DNA of 64,000 bases from Anaerolineae bacterium (GCA_011176685.1 DUED01000001.1:23231-87230), one strand, 5' to 3'. Shown: positions 18,597 to 28,356, counted from the first letter of the stretch. The notes: generated from the letters alone by a model not told the origin. Program-made: numbers and translations.

Positions 18597-18978
18597 AGTT
18601 GTCCACACAGTAGTGGTAAAGCTCCCCTAAAATAGTACCAGCGATAAGTAGACACAAAAGGAGCCAAGCATGAAAAGGAGCAGGTACAGCGAAAGCCAAA
18701 TCATCAAAATCCTCAAAGAAGGTGAATCTGGGATGCCGGTCACTGATATTTGCAGAGAACATGGCATCTGTCGGGCCACATACTACAAATGGAAGTCCAA
18801 ATATTGGGGCATGGATATCCATGAGCTGAAGCATCTGAGGCAACTGGAGACAGAAAACCGAAGGTTGAAGCAAATGTACGCTGAGTTGAGTTTAGACCAT
18901 AAGATATTGAAGGACATAGTAGCAAAAAAGCTGTAAAGCCCGACGCACGGCGGAAGATGGCCAACTATGCCGTTGAAG
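18597..18978 (+). mobile_element. Decayed IS3-family insertion sequence: left inverted repeat, intact orfA, A6G slippery site, and only the first roughly 15 codons of orfB before truncation
   Basis: IRL-like tgtccacacagtagtgg at 18597. OrfA has an HTH plus leucine zipper. AAAAAAG sits at 18924-18930 just before the orfA stop. The -1 frame continues KPDARRKMANYAVEA (orfB-like) then is cut off at the 65-bp element. No DDE domain is present. Confidence 0.7.
18670..18936 (+). CDS. IS3-family transposase OrfA (HTH / leucine-zipper protein), intact
   Basis: 88 aa. Contains the SESQIIKILKEGESGMPVTDICREHGICRATYYKWKSKY motif typical of the IS3 OrfA (InsN-like) family. Confidence 0.75.
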   Translation: MKRSRYSESQIIKILKEGESGMPVTDICREHGICRATYYKWKSKYWGMDIHELKHLRQLETENRRLKQMYAELSLDHKILKDIVAKKL

Positions 18979-19041
18979 CCGACAAAACCCGACACTTTTT
19001 CAAAAATAAGGATTCGTTCCTTAGGAACGAATGTTTCAGGG
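18979..19041. repeat. Copy B of the roughly 65-bp element, ending in the 9-3-9 palindrome attcgttcc-tta-ggaacgaat (19012-19032)
   Basis: About 90% identical to 11367-11432. Begins exactly where the IS3 orfB reading frame is interrupted. Confidence 0.6.
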
Positions 19042-19150
19042 TGGATATAAGCACATTCATTCTGCTTTAGGGTATCAAACCCCTGTGAAATTTGAGAATG
19101 CGTGGTTTAATAGGACAATATGTGAGATTGTTTACTAAAAATGGTCAATT

Positions 19151-19180
19151 TTGTGTCCAGTTTTTGGGGTTCAGTATAAT
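19151..19180 (+). promoter_or_regulatory. Putative sigma-70 promoter of the HEPN-like gene: -35 TTGTGT, 18-bp spacer, -10 TATAAT
   Basis: Sequence inspection. It is followed by the inverted repeat ATCACA-N18-TGTGAT (19196-19225) and a GGAGGG RBS 7 nt before the ATG. Confidence 0.35.
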
Positions 19181-19250
19181 TGATTTATTTAATAGTTATC
19201 ACATGATTAACATTATTCGTTTGTGATTTACATAATTGGAGGGATAAAGG

Positions 19251-20486
19251 ATGAAAAAAAAGGAAATCTTAAAATCTTTGTCAGAAATGATAGAAGATAT
19301 TTTCAATTTTTTAATCATTTTAAATGTTCCAAAAGATGCTTATTTTCTAGGTTATTCCGATGATTCTAGTCCTTTTGGTTTAAATAGAATTGGATACAAT
19401 GCTTATGTCAACCTTATTGGATATATTCTTAATATTGAATCAATAGGCGATTTTTGGTCTGAAGATGGAATTAAAAATCTTATTCATGGGCTGCTTATAG
19501 ATCTGGCAAGATCAAAAAAACAACAAATACAAAAAATTGGTTTTAGTAAATTTGCAGAAAATTTATTTTCAAAGATTAGTAAAAATTTTGAAAAATATCT
19601 CTGTTATACGCCTGTAATTGGTCTTACAACTAAAAATCCCATTTCAATAGGAAAAATTACTTTTCTCAACATCGAAGATGCAAAATCCAAAATCAAGGTT
19701 GATTTTTTATCATTTTTTGATAATTTAAATCCAAATAGAGATTGTATAGCAACATCATTAATTAAATCCGAGTGGAGAAGATCAACAGAAATATTAAGAG
19801 AAGAAACAGAAAAAGTATTTAATATTCTAAGATATATAGGATCACTGGTTTGGTATAACCAACCACAAAAACATATTTATCTTAAAGGTCGAGATAGAAG
19901 TAGGTTTTCCTATTCACTTGCGATTAATTCAAAAGGATTTGCATCAAGAAATGTAAATAAAGAATATTCTGTATTACCATACAAAGTTGATAAAAATTTT
20001 ATTAATTACGCTGATTTTTATGGTTTTGATTTCATAAGAAAGATTATTAGGAGGGCTAAAAGAAAACCGATAGAACAATCCTTTATTACAGCAATACAAT
20101 GGTTTGGAGATGCAACTCAAGACCTCATCCCAATATTCTCATTTGTTAAATATTATGTTGCTATAGAAACATTATTGAAGAATAAAAATGAACGTAATGC
20201 AAAATCATTGGTATCAAAAAGAATGAGTGTCTTACTTGAACAGTACGATAGGAAAAAACAAAAATGTCTTGAATCAGAGATTAAAGATTTAATTGACGAA
20301 AGAAATAATATTTTTCATAGTGGCATACCCAAAAAACAAAATATCGAAAGTTTAAGTTGGAAAGGACAAATTTTATCAAGGGGCACTTTAAATTTAGTTC
20401 GTCAAATAATTGTTCAAGAGAATCTGACGACAAAAGATGATTTATTTTCTTGGATTGAAAATCATTATGATAATCATTTAAAATAA
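19251..20486 (+). CDS. Hypothetical 411-aa Lys/Asn-rich protein with a C-terminal HEPN-like R-x4-H motif (ERNNIFH). ApeA/Abi-like candidate abortive-infection or RNase protein.
   Basis: Strong RBS. GC is about 28% against about 40% for the surroundings. R351-x4-H356 (nt 20301-20318) lies at the end of a predicted helical C-terminal region (AIETLL...ERNNIFH). The N-terminal roughly 270 aa has no motif I recognise. The HEPN call is inferred from the motif and architecture only. Confidence 0.45.
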   Translation: MKKKEILKSLSEMIEDIFNFLIILNVPKDAYFLGYSDDSSPFGLNRIGYNAYVNLIGYILNIESIGDFWSEDGIKNLIHGLLIDLARSKKQQIQKIGFSKFAENLFSKISKNFEKYLCYTPVIGLTTKNPISIGKITFLNIEDAKSKIKVDFLSFFDNLNPNRDCIATSLIKSEWRRSTEILREETEKVFNILRYIGSLVWYNQPQKHIYLKGRDRSRFSYSLAINSKGFASRNVNKEYSVLPYKVDKNFINYADFYGFDFIRKIIRRAKRKPIEQSFITAIQWFGDATQDLIPIFSFVKYYVAIETLLKNKNERNAKSLVSKRMSVLLEQYDRKKQKCLESEIKDLIDERNNIFHSGIPKKQNIESLSWKGQILSRGTLNLVRQIIVQENLTTKDDLFSWIENHYDNHLK

Positions 20487-20709
20487 ACAAAAATGATGCG
20501 CCAGTGAATCGCGAAGCGCCCTTTAGGGTAAACCCTGCGACTGCATGAAATCCCCTTTATAAATAATCATAATCCATTTTATTCTGATATGGGTTTTTAC
20601 AATCTAAATGAATAAAAGCGACTGGGAGCCAAGTTTACGCAACGCCTGAGCGCAGCGAACCCAAAGGGCTTGGGCTTGTGTTAAAGAAGGCTGTCGCTTA
20701 ATAGTTAGT

Positions 20710-20730
20710 ATTCGTTCCTTAGAAACGAAT
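20710..20730. repeat. Copy C of the 9-3-9 palindrome (attcgttcc-tta-gaaacgaat, one mismatch), without the upstream part of the 65-bp element
   Basis: Lies 224 bp downstream of the HEPN-like gene stop. Copy B lies 219 bp upstream of its start. Confidence 0.55.
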
Positions 20731-20895
20731 CATGAAAAAACGTAAATGTGTCAACTTTTGTCAAGTCGGGGTTGAGATTGCGATTAAAGAGGAAGAAGAA
20801 ATCACGATGAACTGTATGAATGAAGAACTTAAAAAGTTATGAGTTCAATTAGATTACTGGTGAAAATGGATCAGTTCATTCCCATTGTTAATAGG

Positions 20896-21537
20896 TTAGT
20901 AGGGCACGCCTGACAATGGAATAAATCCATAAGCCCACAACATAGCTACAGTGATTGAAAGTGAAAACAGCGCTCCGACGACGGTCTGCCAAATGTCGTG
21001 ACCTTTGGCGAACAGACGAGCCAGAGTGACCAGGGGGAGCAGCGCGAGTAATGGAGTGGCGATTAATCCGTAGATGTAGACCAGCGCTCCCACTGGACCG
21101 GCGACGCCTGCCGCATGTCCGCTGGCCTTATACCTTAGAATCAGGTTGAAAACGATCAAACCCAATGTAACGAGCGTATAGGTAGCTGCCACTGCCTCAT
21201 AGATCTTCGGTGCATGCGTCAGTCGTAAAATAACGAATCCAATTGGGTAGCTAACGATCATAAAAACGAAACTTGCGATTCTCTGCCGCTTGATTACCTT
21301 TGGCCAATCACGCAGCTTTCCAGGAATGTAAAAGAACAGACTTCCTAAAGGAATCAGACAGAGAAATACAAGCGTCAGACTAAAGCCCGAAATGCGGTTG
21401 GGGATATTAGTTGGTAAGCGCAAGAAGATAAAAACGATCATCGCACCAGAAAGGATTGGCACATTTAATAATTGAGAAACCACCTCGCCTGCAATACTTA
21501 GTATTTTGCCAATCTTACCGTTGATACTATTCGCCAT
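20896..21537 (-). CDS. Polytopic membrane protein, possibly a PAP2-like phosphatase
   Basis: 6-7 TM helices. It has an SGH motif (KASGHAAG) and, 36 residues later, A-R-x5-H (ARLFAKGH), resembling PAP2 motifs 2 and 3. Motif 1 is not clear. Confidence 0.35.
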   Translation of the reverse strand: MANSINGKIGKILSIAGEVVSQLLNVPILSGAMIVFIFLRLPTNIPNRISGFSLTLVFLCLIPLGSLFFYIPGKLRDWPKVIKRQRIASFVFMIVSYPIGFVILRLTHAPKIYEAVAATYTLVTLGLIVFNLILRYKASGHAAGVAGPVGALVYIYGLIATPLLALLPLVTLARLFAKGHDIWQTVVGALFSLSITVAMLWAYGFIPLSGVPY

Positions 21538-21800
21538 GATTAATTCTCCTAGATATCTGGATGCGACAATCGAGCATAAGCTAGTTCAATTCTACCGTGA
21601 TGAAACCATTTGTGTCAACGCAAAGTTGTTGAACCGTTGAAAAACCAATGACAAAATTGAAAATCCCTCAACATCAAGATTGATTTGCAGTTTTGGTCAG
21701 AGCTCTTCAGTAAGTGCTGCGAATGAGAACCATCTTCTGGGCAGACATGCGGGATTTTCCGAACAAAAAATTCTTGTTCCCTTTTCAGCGATATCTTTCT

Positions 21801-21831
21801 AAAAAAAGAGGGCTGGATGAAACCAGCCCTC
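21801..21831 (-). terminator. Rho-independent terminator of the 21850-23277 gene (gagggctgg-uuucau-ccagcccuc followed by U7 on the minus strand)
   Basis: 9-bp GC-rich stem with a run of 7 T on the transcribed strand, 19 nt after the stop codon. Confidence 0.7.
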
Positions 21832-21849
21832 CTTAATATACTTAGGGTC

Positions 21850-23277
21850 TTATTTTTTTGTAACGACCGCAGGGAGTCCAGTAGGGGCGGCTGCAGGTTT
21901 TCGCTGAACGAATGATAACCAAAAAGCACCACTGCCAAACAATGTCGCAACCAAACTAATCAGCCAGCCGACAAACGGGATTGCTCGCAGCACAATAAGA
22001 ATCACTACTCCAACAAGAAGGTTGAGCCATATATTCTCTTTTTTCACTTTCGCCAGGTCATTTAAAACCCAGCGGCCCAGTGCATAGGCAGCCACGATTT
22101 TTGCGACAGTGAAGATTAGGAAGAAGCCAGCCATGAAGGCGAACAGCAGCGCGCTTCCAGCCACGAAGAACCAGAAGAAGACCAGTCCGCCGATCGAGAG
22201 GAATGCGAGTAATAATCCGATCATCAAGAATGCCAGCGGGATGACCAACAGTGCCATGAAAAAGATCGCCAGCACTACAAACCCCCAACCCATTGCGTTA
22301 AGCGGTTTTTGGTAGGCCGCTTCAACAACTTTCTTGAATGGTTTATTCAGTAACCAAAGGGCAAGCGCACCCATAACCATAAGTACTATAAACGATCGGA
22401 AAGCGCTCACGACAAATATGCTTACAAACAAACCAGGCATTACTTCGCGCTGAATTCTACGGGGTTTATAGGTGTATTCCCTTGCTTCTTGCAAAGCAAC
22501 TTTATTGAAAATCACCTCTCCAGCAGTTATTTTAACAAATTGTGCACTGAGGTCATTGTAGCTGGTGATGTTTACATCACCGGCGATTTTGGCCTGTTCG
22601 GAAATGCGAACCCCAGCCGGGATTGCAGGAGGTAAATATTGGCTCCCTCCCATATATGGTAACCATTCGCCTTGCTGGTAACCTTCGTCAGAATCATCCA
22701 AATGAATTTTCGCATTTCTGCCGATAACGCCTTCTAATTCCAATGCCCCGGCATACAGGGTAAGGTCACGGTTGATATCACCGGCTAACTCCGCTTGGTA
22801 TACACCCGTGAACACATCGGTTGCTACATTTGCCCCTTCTCTCAATTGAAGGGCATACCCACCGTAATATAAATTTCGTCCAATGACAGCTTCTTTTGAA
22901 ATATCCAGTACCGCGCTGCCGCCAAAGACCGAACCGGATACCTTTCCCTCAACAACAAGGTCAGCTCCCGTGAAGAGAAGATTGCCATCAATCTCAGCGG
23001 TATCACTCACCACCACATATTCAGCAAATAGTACTGCATCACCATTTACCTTGCCGTTGAGTGTAACTGTTTGGCAGCCAGCGAAAAGCAGGCCATTTAT
23101 GGTTCCGTCAATTACACATTTTTCTGCGGTGATGAACACATCGTCATCGATTATTACATTAGCCGGGATGTTTCCATCATCATTAAACTCAGCCGCATAC
23201 ACGGAACCTACACCAACAACCATCAAGATGCATACGGTCAAAACTACACTTGCTGCTTTTATCCATTTGTTCTTCAT
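21850..23277 (-). CDS. Membrane protein: signal peptide, then an extracytoplasmic bactofilin/beta-helix-like repeat domain (repeated DG..I.G-type strands), then a C-terminal polytopic membrane domain
   Basis: N-terminal signal sequence. About 280 aa rich in short G/V/D beta-strand repeats. Then about 6 TM helices. Confidence 0.45.
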   Translation of the reverse strand: MKNKWIKAASVVLTVCILMVVGVGSVYAAEFNDDGNIPANVIIDDDVFITAEKCVIDGTINGLLFAGCQTVTLNGKVNGDAVLFAEYVVVSDTAEIDGNLLFTGADLVVEGKVSGSVFGGSAVLDISKEAVIGRNLYYGGYALQLREGANVATDVFTGVYQAELAGDINRDLTLYAGALELEGVIGRNAKIHLDDSDEGYQQGEWLPYMGGSQYLPPAIPAGVRISEQAKIAGDVNITSYNDLSAQFVKITAGEVIFNKVALQEAREYTYKPRRIQREVMPGLFVSIFVVSAFRSFIVLMVMGALALWLLNKPFKKVVEAAYQKPLNAMGWGFVVLAIFFMALLVIPLAFLMIGLLLAFLSIGGLVFFWFFVAGSALLFAFMAGFFLIFTVAKIVAAYALGRWVLNDLAKVKKENIWLNLLVGVVILIVLRAIPFVGWLISLVATLFGSGAFWLSFVQRKPAAAPTGLPAVVTKK

Positions 23278-23489
23278 TTTCTACTCCTTAAATATAATCA
23301 CTTCAATTCTAGATACGGGAAATGGGTTAAAAGGTTGTCACTTATGGAAAAAAGGATTTATTTCACGCCAAGAAGGTTGGGCTGCTTCTGAACATCTACT
23401 CCGGGTTCCTCCAAACAATAAATCCCAAATTCTTTTGCGATAACTTCTTCATATCAATTACAATTCAATAAACCTCGTAATGAACAAAA

Positions 23490-23855
23490 ATGACTAAAGC
23501 AAATAAAAATTTAGGTAAATGGGGAGAAAGGCAGGCAGCGCAATACCTCATCAGAGCGGGCATTGAGATCATTGAGCATAATTACTATACACCCCACGGG
23601 GAAATCGATCTGATCGGTAGGGAGGAGCAGCAGCTTATTTTTTTTGAAGTTAAAACGCGAACAGGCAGTGCTTTTGGCAATCCGGAAGAAGCAGTTACGC
23701 CAAAAAAGAAACAGCATCTAATCAATTCAGCGCTGTTCTATTTACAAGAACATTGTGAAAACGAGCCGGACTGGCGCATTGATGTAATTGCAATAAAGCG
23801 CAAAGCAAATCAGGAACTTGAAATACTTTGGTTTAAAAATGCGATTGAATATTGA
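23490..23855 (+). CDS. yraN: YraN-family (UPF0102) putative endonuclease
   Basis: GE..A..YL...G..I...N.....GEIDLI......L.FFEVKTR pattern. 121 aa. Confidence 0.7.
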   Translation: MTKANKNLGKWGERQAAQYLIRAGIEIIEHNYYTPHGEIDLIGREEQQLIFFEVKTRTGSAFGNPEEAVTPKKKQHLINSALFYLQEHCENEPDWRIDVIAIKRKANQELEILWFKNAIEY

Positions 23856-24786
23856 TGCCCCACTGGTTGTGATTGTAGGTCCAACAGCAGTTGGCAAGAC
23901 AATATTGTCTATAGAATTAGCCAGGCGCTTAAGCGGGGAGATACTTTCGGCTGACTCGCGCTTGTTTTACAAAGGTATGGATATGGGTACTGCCAAACCT
24001 ACATTGCAAGCAAGGCAAGAAATCCCCCACCATTTAATCGATATTGTCCTGCTGGACGAGAATTTCAGCTTGCCGCTTTTTCAACAAAAAGCATATGCAT
24101 TGATAGATCAAATTCATTCATGGGGCAATTTGCCCTTCCTTGTTGGGGGTACTGGTCAATATATTTGGGCAGTTGTGGAGGGTTGGAAACCGCCGGTGGT
24201 TATACCCAATAATAGAATGCGCACCGCTTTATTCACATGGGGATCAGTAATCGGCGCTGAGGAATTGCATCGTCGCTTGGGTATTCTTGATCCTGAAGCA
24301 GCCGACAAGATACAGCCCAAAAACCTGCGCCGCACCATCAGGGCACTTGAGGTGATTTTAAGTACAGGAAAACTTTTTTCCTCTCAAAGACGCAAACAAG
24401 CTCCACCCTATACGATTAAAATCATTGGCCTTGAGCGACCCAGAGAGGAACTATATCGAAGGATTGATAACCGCATTGACGCTATGATTAAATCCGGGCT
24501 CGTTGAGGAAGTAGAGCAGTTATTGGCAAGCGGTTTTACAGCGAATTTGCCCACCATGTCAGCCATCGGATATCAGGAAATCGCATTGTTCTTGGGAGGG
24601 CAAATCTCATTGGACGATGCGGTAATATTAATGAAAAGAAGAACGCGCAAGTTTGTGCGCCATCAGTCCAACTGGTTCAAAAAAACCGATTCCAGAATAA
24701 AATGGTTTAATATGAAAGAGAATGCGGTTGATTTAGTTGAAGAATATATACGCTCATCCAGGGGTTGGCAGAACCCCAAGAAGTGA
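23839..24786 (+). CDS. miaA: tRNA dimethylallyltransferase
   Basis: P-loop VVIVGPTAVGKT near the N-terminus and a conserved MiaA layout. The ORF track starts at an upstream TTG; the ATG at 23839 fits MiaA N-termini better. Confidence 0.85.
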   Translation: MRLNIDAPLVVIVGPTAVGKTILSIELARRLSGEILSADSRLFYKGMDMGTAKPTLQARQEIPHHLIDIVLLDENFSLPLFQQKAYALIDQIHSWGNLPFLVGGTGQYIWAVVEGWKPPVVIPNNRMRTALFTWGSVIGAEELHRRLGILDPEAADKIQPKNLRRTIRALEVILSTGKLFSSQRRKQAPPYTIKIIGLERPREELYRRIDNRIDAMIKSGLVEEVEQLLASGFTANLPTMSAIGYQEIALFLGGQISLDDAVILMKRRTRKFVRHQSNWFKKTDSRIKWFNMKENAVDLVEEYIRSSRGWQNPKK

Positions 24787-26472
24787 ATGTTAGGGAAAAA
24801 AGAGATGCAAAATAAACCCTGGTACCAATATTATGATGCGCATGTGCCCCACAGTTTGGATTATCCAGGCATCAATGTTCATGAACTATTAGAGCAAACT
24901 GCGTTGAAATATCCGCATAAACCATGCATGATATTTGAAGGAACCTCGATATCATATCGAACCCTATCTCGCCTTTCTAATCACGTAGCAATTCATCTTA
25001 GACACATCGGTTTGCAAAAGGGGCAGCGCGTTGGATTGATTCTTCCTAATATTCCCCAGTTCTTAATTGCCTATTACGCCATTCTCAAAGCGGGAGGAGT
25101 AGTTGTGGCAATAAATCCTCTTTTTCGGGCGCCTGAGATTGAGCGCATATTACGAGAAACCGATGTTCGCATAGCCATAATATTAAATCAGGTACATTCA
25201 CTTATTAACCAATTAATGCAAAAATTTGAATTGACAACAATTATTACCTGTAGAACTAATAATATTGATAGATTATCTGCTTCCGATGAACTTGAAAGCG
25301 AGATTCCAGAAGAGGGGTCAAAACAAAAGTATGCGCAAGAGCTGGAGTTTATAGAATTGCTTAAAAAACCAGAGAAGACCCTTGAAATTGAAAATCAGAT
25401 TTCACCGGATGATCCTGCCATATTTCAATATACAGGCGGGACAACTGGAATCCCCAAAGCGGCTATAGGGCTGCATAGAAATCTGGTTGCAAATACCATC
25501 CAGTTTATACGCTGGTGTGACCTTAAAGAGGGACAGGAAGTGATTATCGCTGCCTTACCTCTATTTCACGTTTATGGAATGGTGTTGACTATGAATTTAG
25601 GGGTGGCTTTGGGGGCTTGTATTGTGCTGATTCCAAATCCTCGCGATGTGGGCAGTATCCTTACGGCAATCGAGGACTACAAAGCCACTTTCTATCCCGG
25701 TGTTCCCAGTATGTATCAATCTATCAACCAACATCCGGATGTGAAAGCCGGAAAATATGACCTGAGGTCGATTAAAGCTTGTATTTCAGGTTCAGCTACT
25801 TTACATCCAGAGATAAAAAACACTTTTGAAAACCTTACGGGAGGTAAATTACTAGAGGGATATGGCTTATCCGAAGCACCCACTGCAACACATTGCAACC
25901 CTCTTTATGGTGAGAATCGCACTGGTTCAATTGGATTGCCTCTGCCTGATGTGGATTGCAGGGTTGTTGATGTCGATTCTGGGAAAATTGATTTAAATCC
26001 CGGTAAGATTGGGGAGCTTATCATCAAAGGCCCTCAAATAATGCGGGGTTATCACAATATGCCTGAAGAGACTAAGTTCACCTTGCGAAATGGTTGGCTG
26101 TATACAGGTGATGTTGTCAGAATGGATAAAGATGGATATTTTTATATTATTGATAGAAAGAAGTCGTTAATTAAAGTGAGTGGATTTCAGGTATGGCCAA
26201 ATGAGATTGAGGCAGTCATTGCTTCCCATCCAGGAGTTGAAGAGGTCGGTGTGGGTGGAGTTCCTGACTCAGCTCGAGGTGAAAAAGTAATTGCCTGGGT
26301 TGTGCTTCAGGGCCAAAAAAAGCTAGGCGCTAAAGAGATTATTCGATGGTGCCGAGAACGATTAGCACCTTATAAGATTCCTAAAGAAATTTACTTTATT
26401 GATTCGCTTCCTCGATCAGGAGTAGGGAAAATTTTGAGGAAAGAATTAATCAAAGCATATTTAAACCAATAA
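24787..26472 (+). CDS. fadD: Long-chain fatty acid--CoA ligase (AMP-dependent synthetase, FadD-like)
   Basis: It has the AMP-binding motifs YTGGTTGIPKAA, GYGLSE, a DGW/YxTGD-like motif, and the terminal ligase Lys (GKILRKEL). The true start may be the MQNKPWY ATG at 24805. Confidence 0.8.
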   Translation: MLGKKEMQNKPWYQYYDAHVPHSLDYPGINVHELLEQTALKYPHKPCMIFEGTSISYRTLSRLSNHVAIHLRHIGLQKGQRVGLILPNIPQFLIAYYAILKAGGVVVAINPLFRAPEIERILRETDVRIAIILNQVHSLINQLMQKFELTTIITCRTNNIDRLSASDELESEIPEEGSKQKYAQELEFIELLKKPEKTLEIENQISPDDPAIFQYTGGTTGIPKAAIGLHRNLVANTIQFIRWCDLKEGQEVIIAALPLFHVYGMVLTMNLGVALGACIVLIPNPRDVGSILTAIEDYKATFYPGVPSMYQSINQHPDVKAGKYDLRSIKACISGSATLHPEIKNTFENLTGGKLLEGYGLSEAPTATHCNPLYGENRTGSIGLPLPDVDCRVVDVDSGKIDLNPGKIGELIIKGPQIMRGYHNMPEETKFTLRNGWLYTGDVVRMDKDGYFYIIDRKKSLIKVSGFQVWPNEIEAVIASHPGVEEVGVGGVPDSARGEKVIAWVVLQGQKKLGAKEIIRWCRERLAPYKIPKEIYFIDSLPRSGVGKILRKELIKAYLNQ

Positions 26473-26499
26473 AAGAAACTCCGAATAAATCACATGCAT

Positions 26500-28356
26500 C
26501 TATTTCTTAGCTTTTATTGGTGTTCCACTCTTCTTTTTGACTGGTATCGGAAAGATAGCCTCAAACTCTGCTCGCGTGAGTGTCTCAACATCTAATAGTT
26601 TCTCGGCTACTTTATCTAATTTCTTGCGATGTTTGGTTAGAATCTTTTTGGCGTTTTGATATGCTTGGTCAATGAATTTTTGAACTTCGCGGTCAATTAT
26701 TTCAGCTACAGCATCTGAATAATCACGCTGTTCGCCAATTTCTCTGCCGAGAAAAACCAACTCATCTTTTTGTCCATATACCATCTGACCAAGCTTTTCG
26801 CTCATGCCCAGCTGGGTTACCATTTTACGCGCAAGCTTTGTGACATTCTCAAGATCATTAGCTGCACCAGAAGTGATATCGTTGAAAACTAGTTCTTCGG
26901 CTGCACGCCCACCTAAAAGCCCGGTCATTTCTGCGATTATCTTTTTCTTTGAAATTAAAGCGTGATCGTCATCAGGCAGAGCAATCGTGTAACCTGCAGC
27001 CATTCCGCGTGAGATAATGGAAATCTTTTGTACCTGGTCTGCTTCCGGGATTGAGGAAATCACAATTGCATGACCTGCTTCATGATAAGCAATGATATGT
27101 TTTTCAGCATCACTGATAATTCGGCTTTTTCGCTCAGGGCCGGCAATCACGCGTTCAATTGATTCCATTAATTCAGGTTGTCCGATTTCCTTTTTATTCC
27201 TTCTTGCAGCTAATATTGCTGCTTCATTAATCATGTTTTCGATATCTGCGCCAACAAAACCAGGCGTTGTTTTTGCTAATACTTTCAAATCAACTTTTTT
27301 GCTAATCGGCTTACCCTTGATATGCACTTTAAGGATAGCTTCTCTTCCGCGTATGTCGGGACGGTCCAAGATTACCCTGCGATCAAATCGACCTGGACGG
27401 AGCAGAGCTGGATCTAGAATATCCGGGCGGTTTGTGGCAGCCATAATGATTACATTTACATCTGTATTGAAGCCATCCATTTCCACTAATATCTGGTTGA
27501 GCGTCTGTTCACGCTCGTCATGGCTTCCACCAAGTCCTGCACCACGATGACGACCGACCGCATCAATTTCATCAATGAAAACTATGCAAGGAGAATTCTT
27601 TTTTGCCTGATCGAATAAATCGCGAACCCGGCTTGCACCAACTCCAACGAACATTTCCACAAATTCAGAGCCAGAAATTGAAAAGAAGGGTACGCCAGCT
27701 TCTCCGGAAACTGCTTTCGCTAAAAGGGTTTTGCCACCACCAGGGGGACCAACTAAAAGCACGCCTTTGGGAATACGGGCACCGAGGGTGAGGAATTTTT
27801 TCGGCTCACGCAGGAATTCAACAACTTCCTGTAATTCCTCTTTAGCTTCATCTACTCCTGCGACATCTTCAAATGTCACCTTGGGTTGGTCACCTGTGAA
27901 CATGCGCGCGCGAGATTTTCCAAAAGACAAAGCAGCACTGTTGGTGCCTTGTGCCTGTCTAAAAATCATGAAAAATGCTGCACCAACAATCACAAAAGGA
28001 AGGATATATCCAATAATGGATAAGAAACTGATCCAAGTGCTTGGCTTTTTAATTTCGATTGTTAAATTTGAGGAATGCAGGTCTTCGGAAGTTACTCCAT
28101 AGCTCAATAACTGCTCAATTAATGTAGAGTTGCTTTCTTTGTTTGAAGAGGTTTCTTCACCGTTCTTTAGAGTTATTGAAAGTGAGTTTTCATCTTCGAT
28201 AATTTTTATTACATTGCCGTTTTTAATCTCTGTGGCAAGTTCGTTTATTGTTAATGAACCTTGTGAATTTTCTTGATTAATATTGAGAAAAACCATCGCG
28301 ATGATTGCAACGATAATTAACAAATATACAAAATTTGTCTGAATATTAGACTTCAC
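26500..28356 (-). CDS. ftsH: ATP-dependent zinc metalloprotease FtsH
   Basis: N-terminal TM helices. AAA module ([21 protein letters not shown]). HEAGH zinc motif. Confidence 0.9.
   Translation of the reverse strand: MKSNIQTNFVYLLIIVAIIAMVFLNINQENSQGSLTINELATEIKNGNVIKIIEDENSLSITLKNGEETSSNKESNSTLIEQLLSYGVTSEDLHSSNLTIEIKKPSTWISFLSIIGYILPFVIVGAAFFMIFRQAQGTNSAALSFGKSRARMFTGDQPKVTFEDVAGVDEAKEELQEVVEFLREPKKFLTLGARIPKGVLLVGPPGGGKTLLAKAVSGEAGVPFFSISGSEFVEMFVGVGASRVRDLFDQAKKNSPCIVFIDEIDAVGRHRGAGLGGSHDEREQTLNQILVEMDGFNTDVNVIIMAATNRPDILDPALLRPGRFDRRVILDRPDIRGREAILKVHIKGKPISKKVDLKVLAKTTPGFVGADIENMINEAAILAARRNKKEIGQPELMESIERVIAGPERKSRIISDAEKHIIAYHEAGHAIVISSIPEADQVQKISIISRGMAAGYTIALPDDDHALISKKKIIAEMTGLLGGRAAEELVFNDITSGAANDLENVTKLARKMVTQLGMSEKLGQMVYGQKDELVFLGREIGEQRDYSDAVAEIIDREVQKFIDQAYQNAKKILTKHRKKLDKVAEKLLDVETLTRAEFEAIFPIPVKKKSGTPIKAKK

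Noticed and set aside
18451-18995. Minus-strand ORFs of 140, 74 and 70 aa overlapping the IS3 orfA region
   Set aside because: They are antisense to a clearly recognisable transposase OrfA and have no homology-like features.
19251-20486. Type II toxin-antitoxin or HEPN/MNT pair at the HEPN-like gene
   Set aside because: No MNT or other small partner ORF with an RBS exists within 400 bp on either side. The gene appears to be a singleton, so it is described as a stand-alone Abi/ApeA-like candidate.
20740-20860. Direct repeat TGTCAActtttGTCAAG followed by an RBS and an 11-codon ORF (MNCMNEELKKL) downstream of the HEPN cassette
   Set aside because: Too short to support as a gene or leader peptide from sequence alone. 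It lies downstream of two convergently oriented genes rather than upstream of anything. Kept only as a note.
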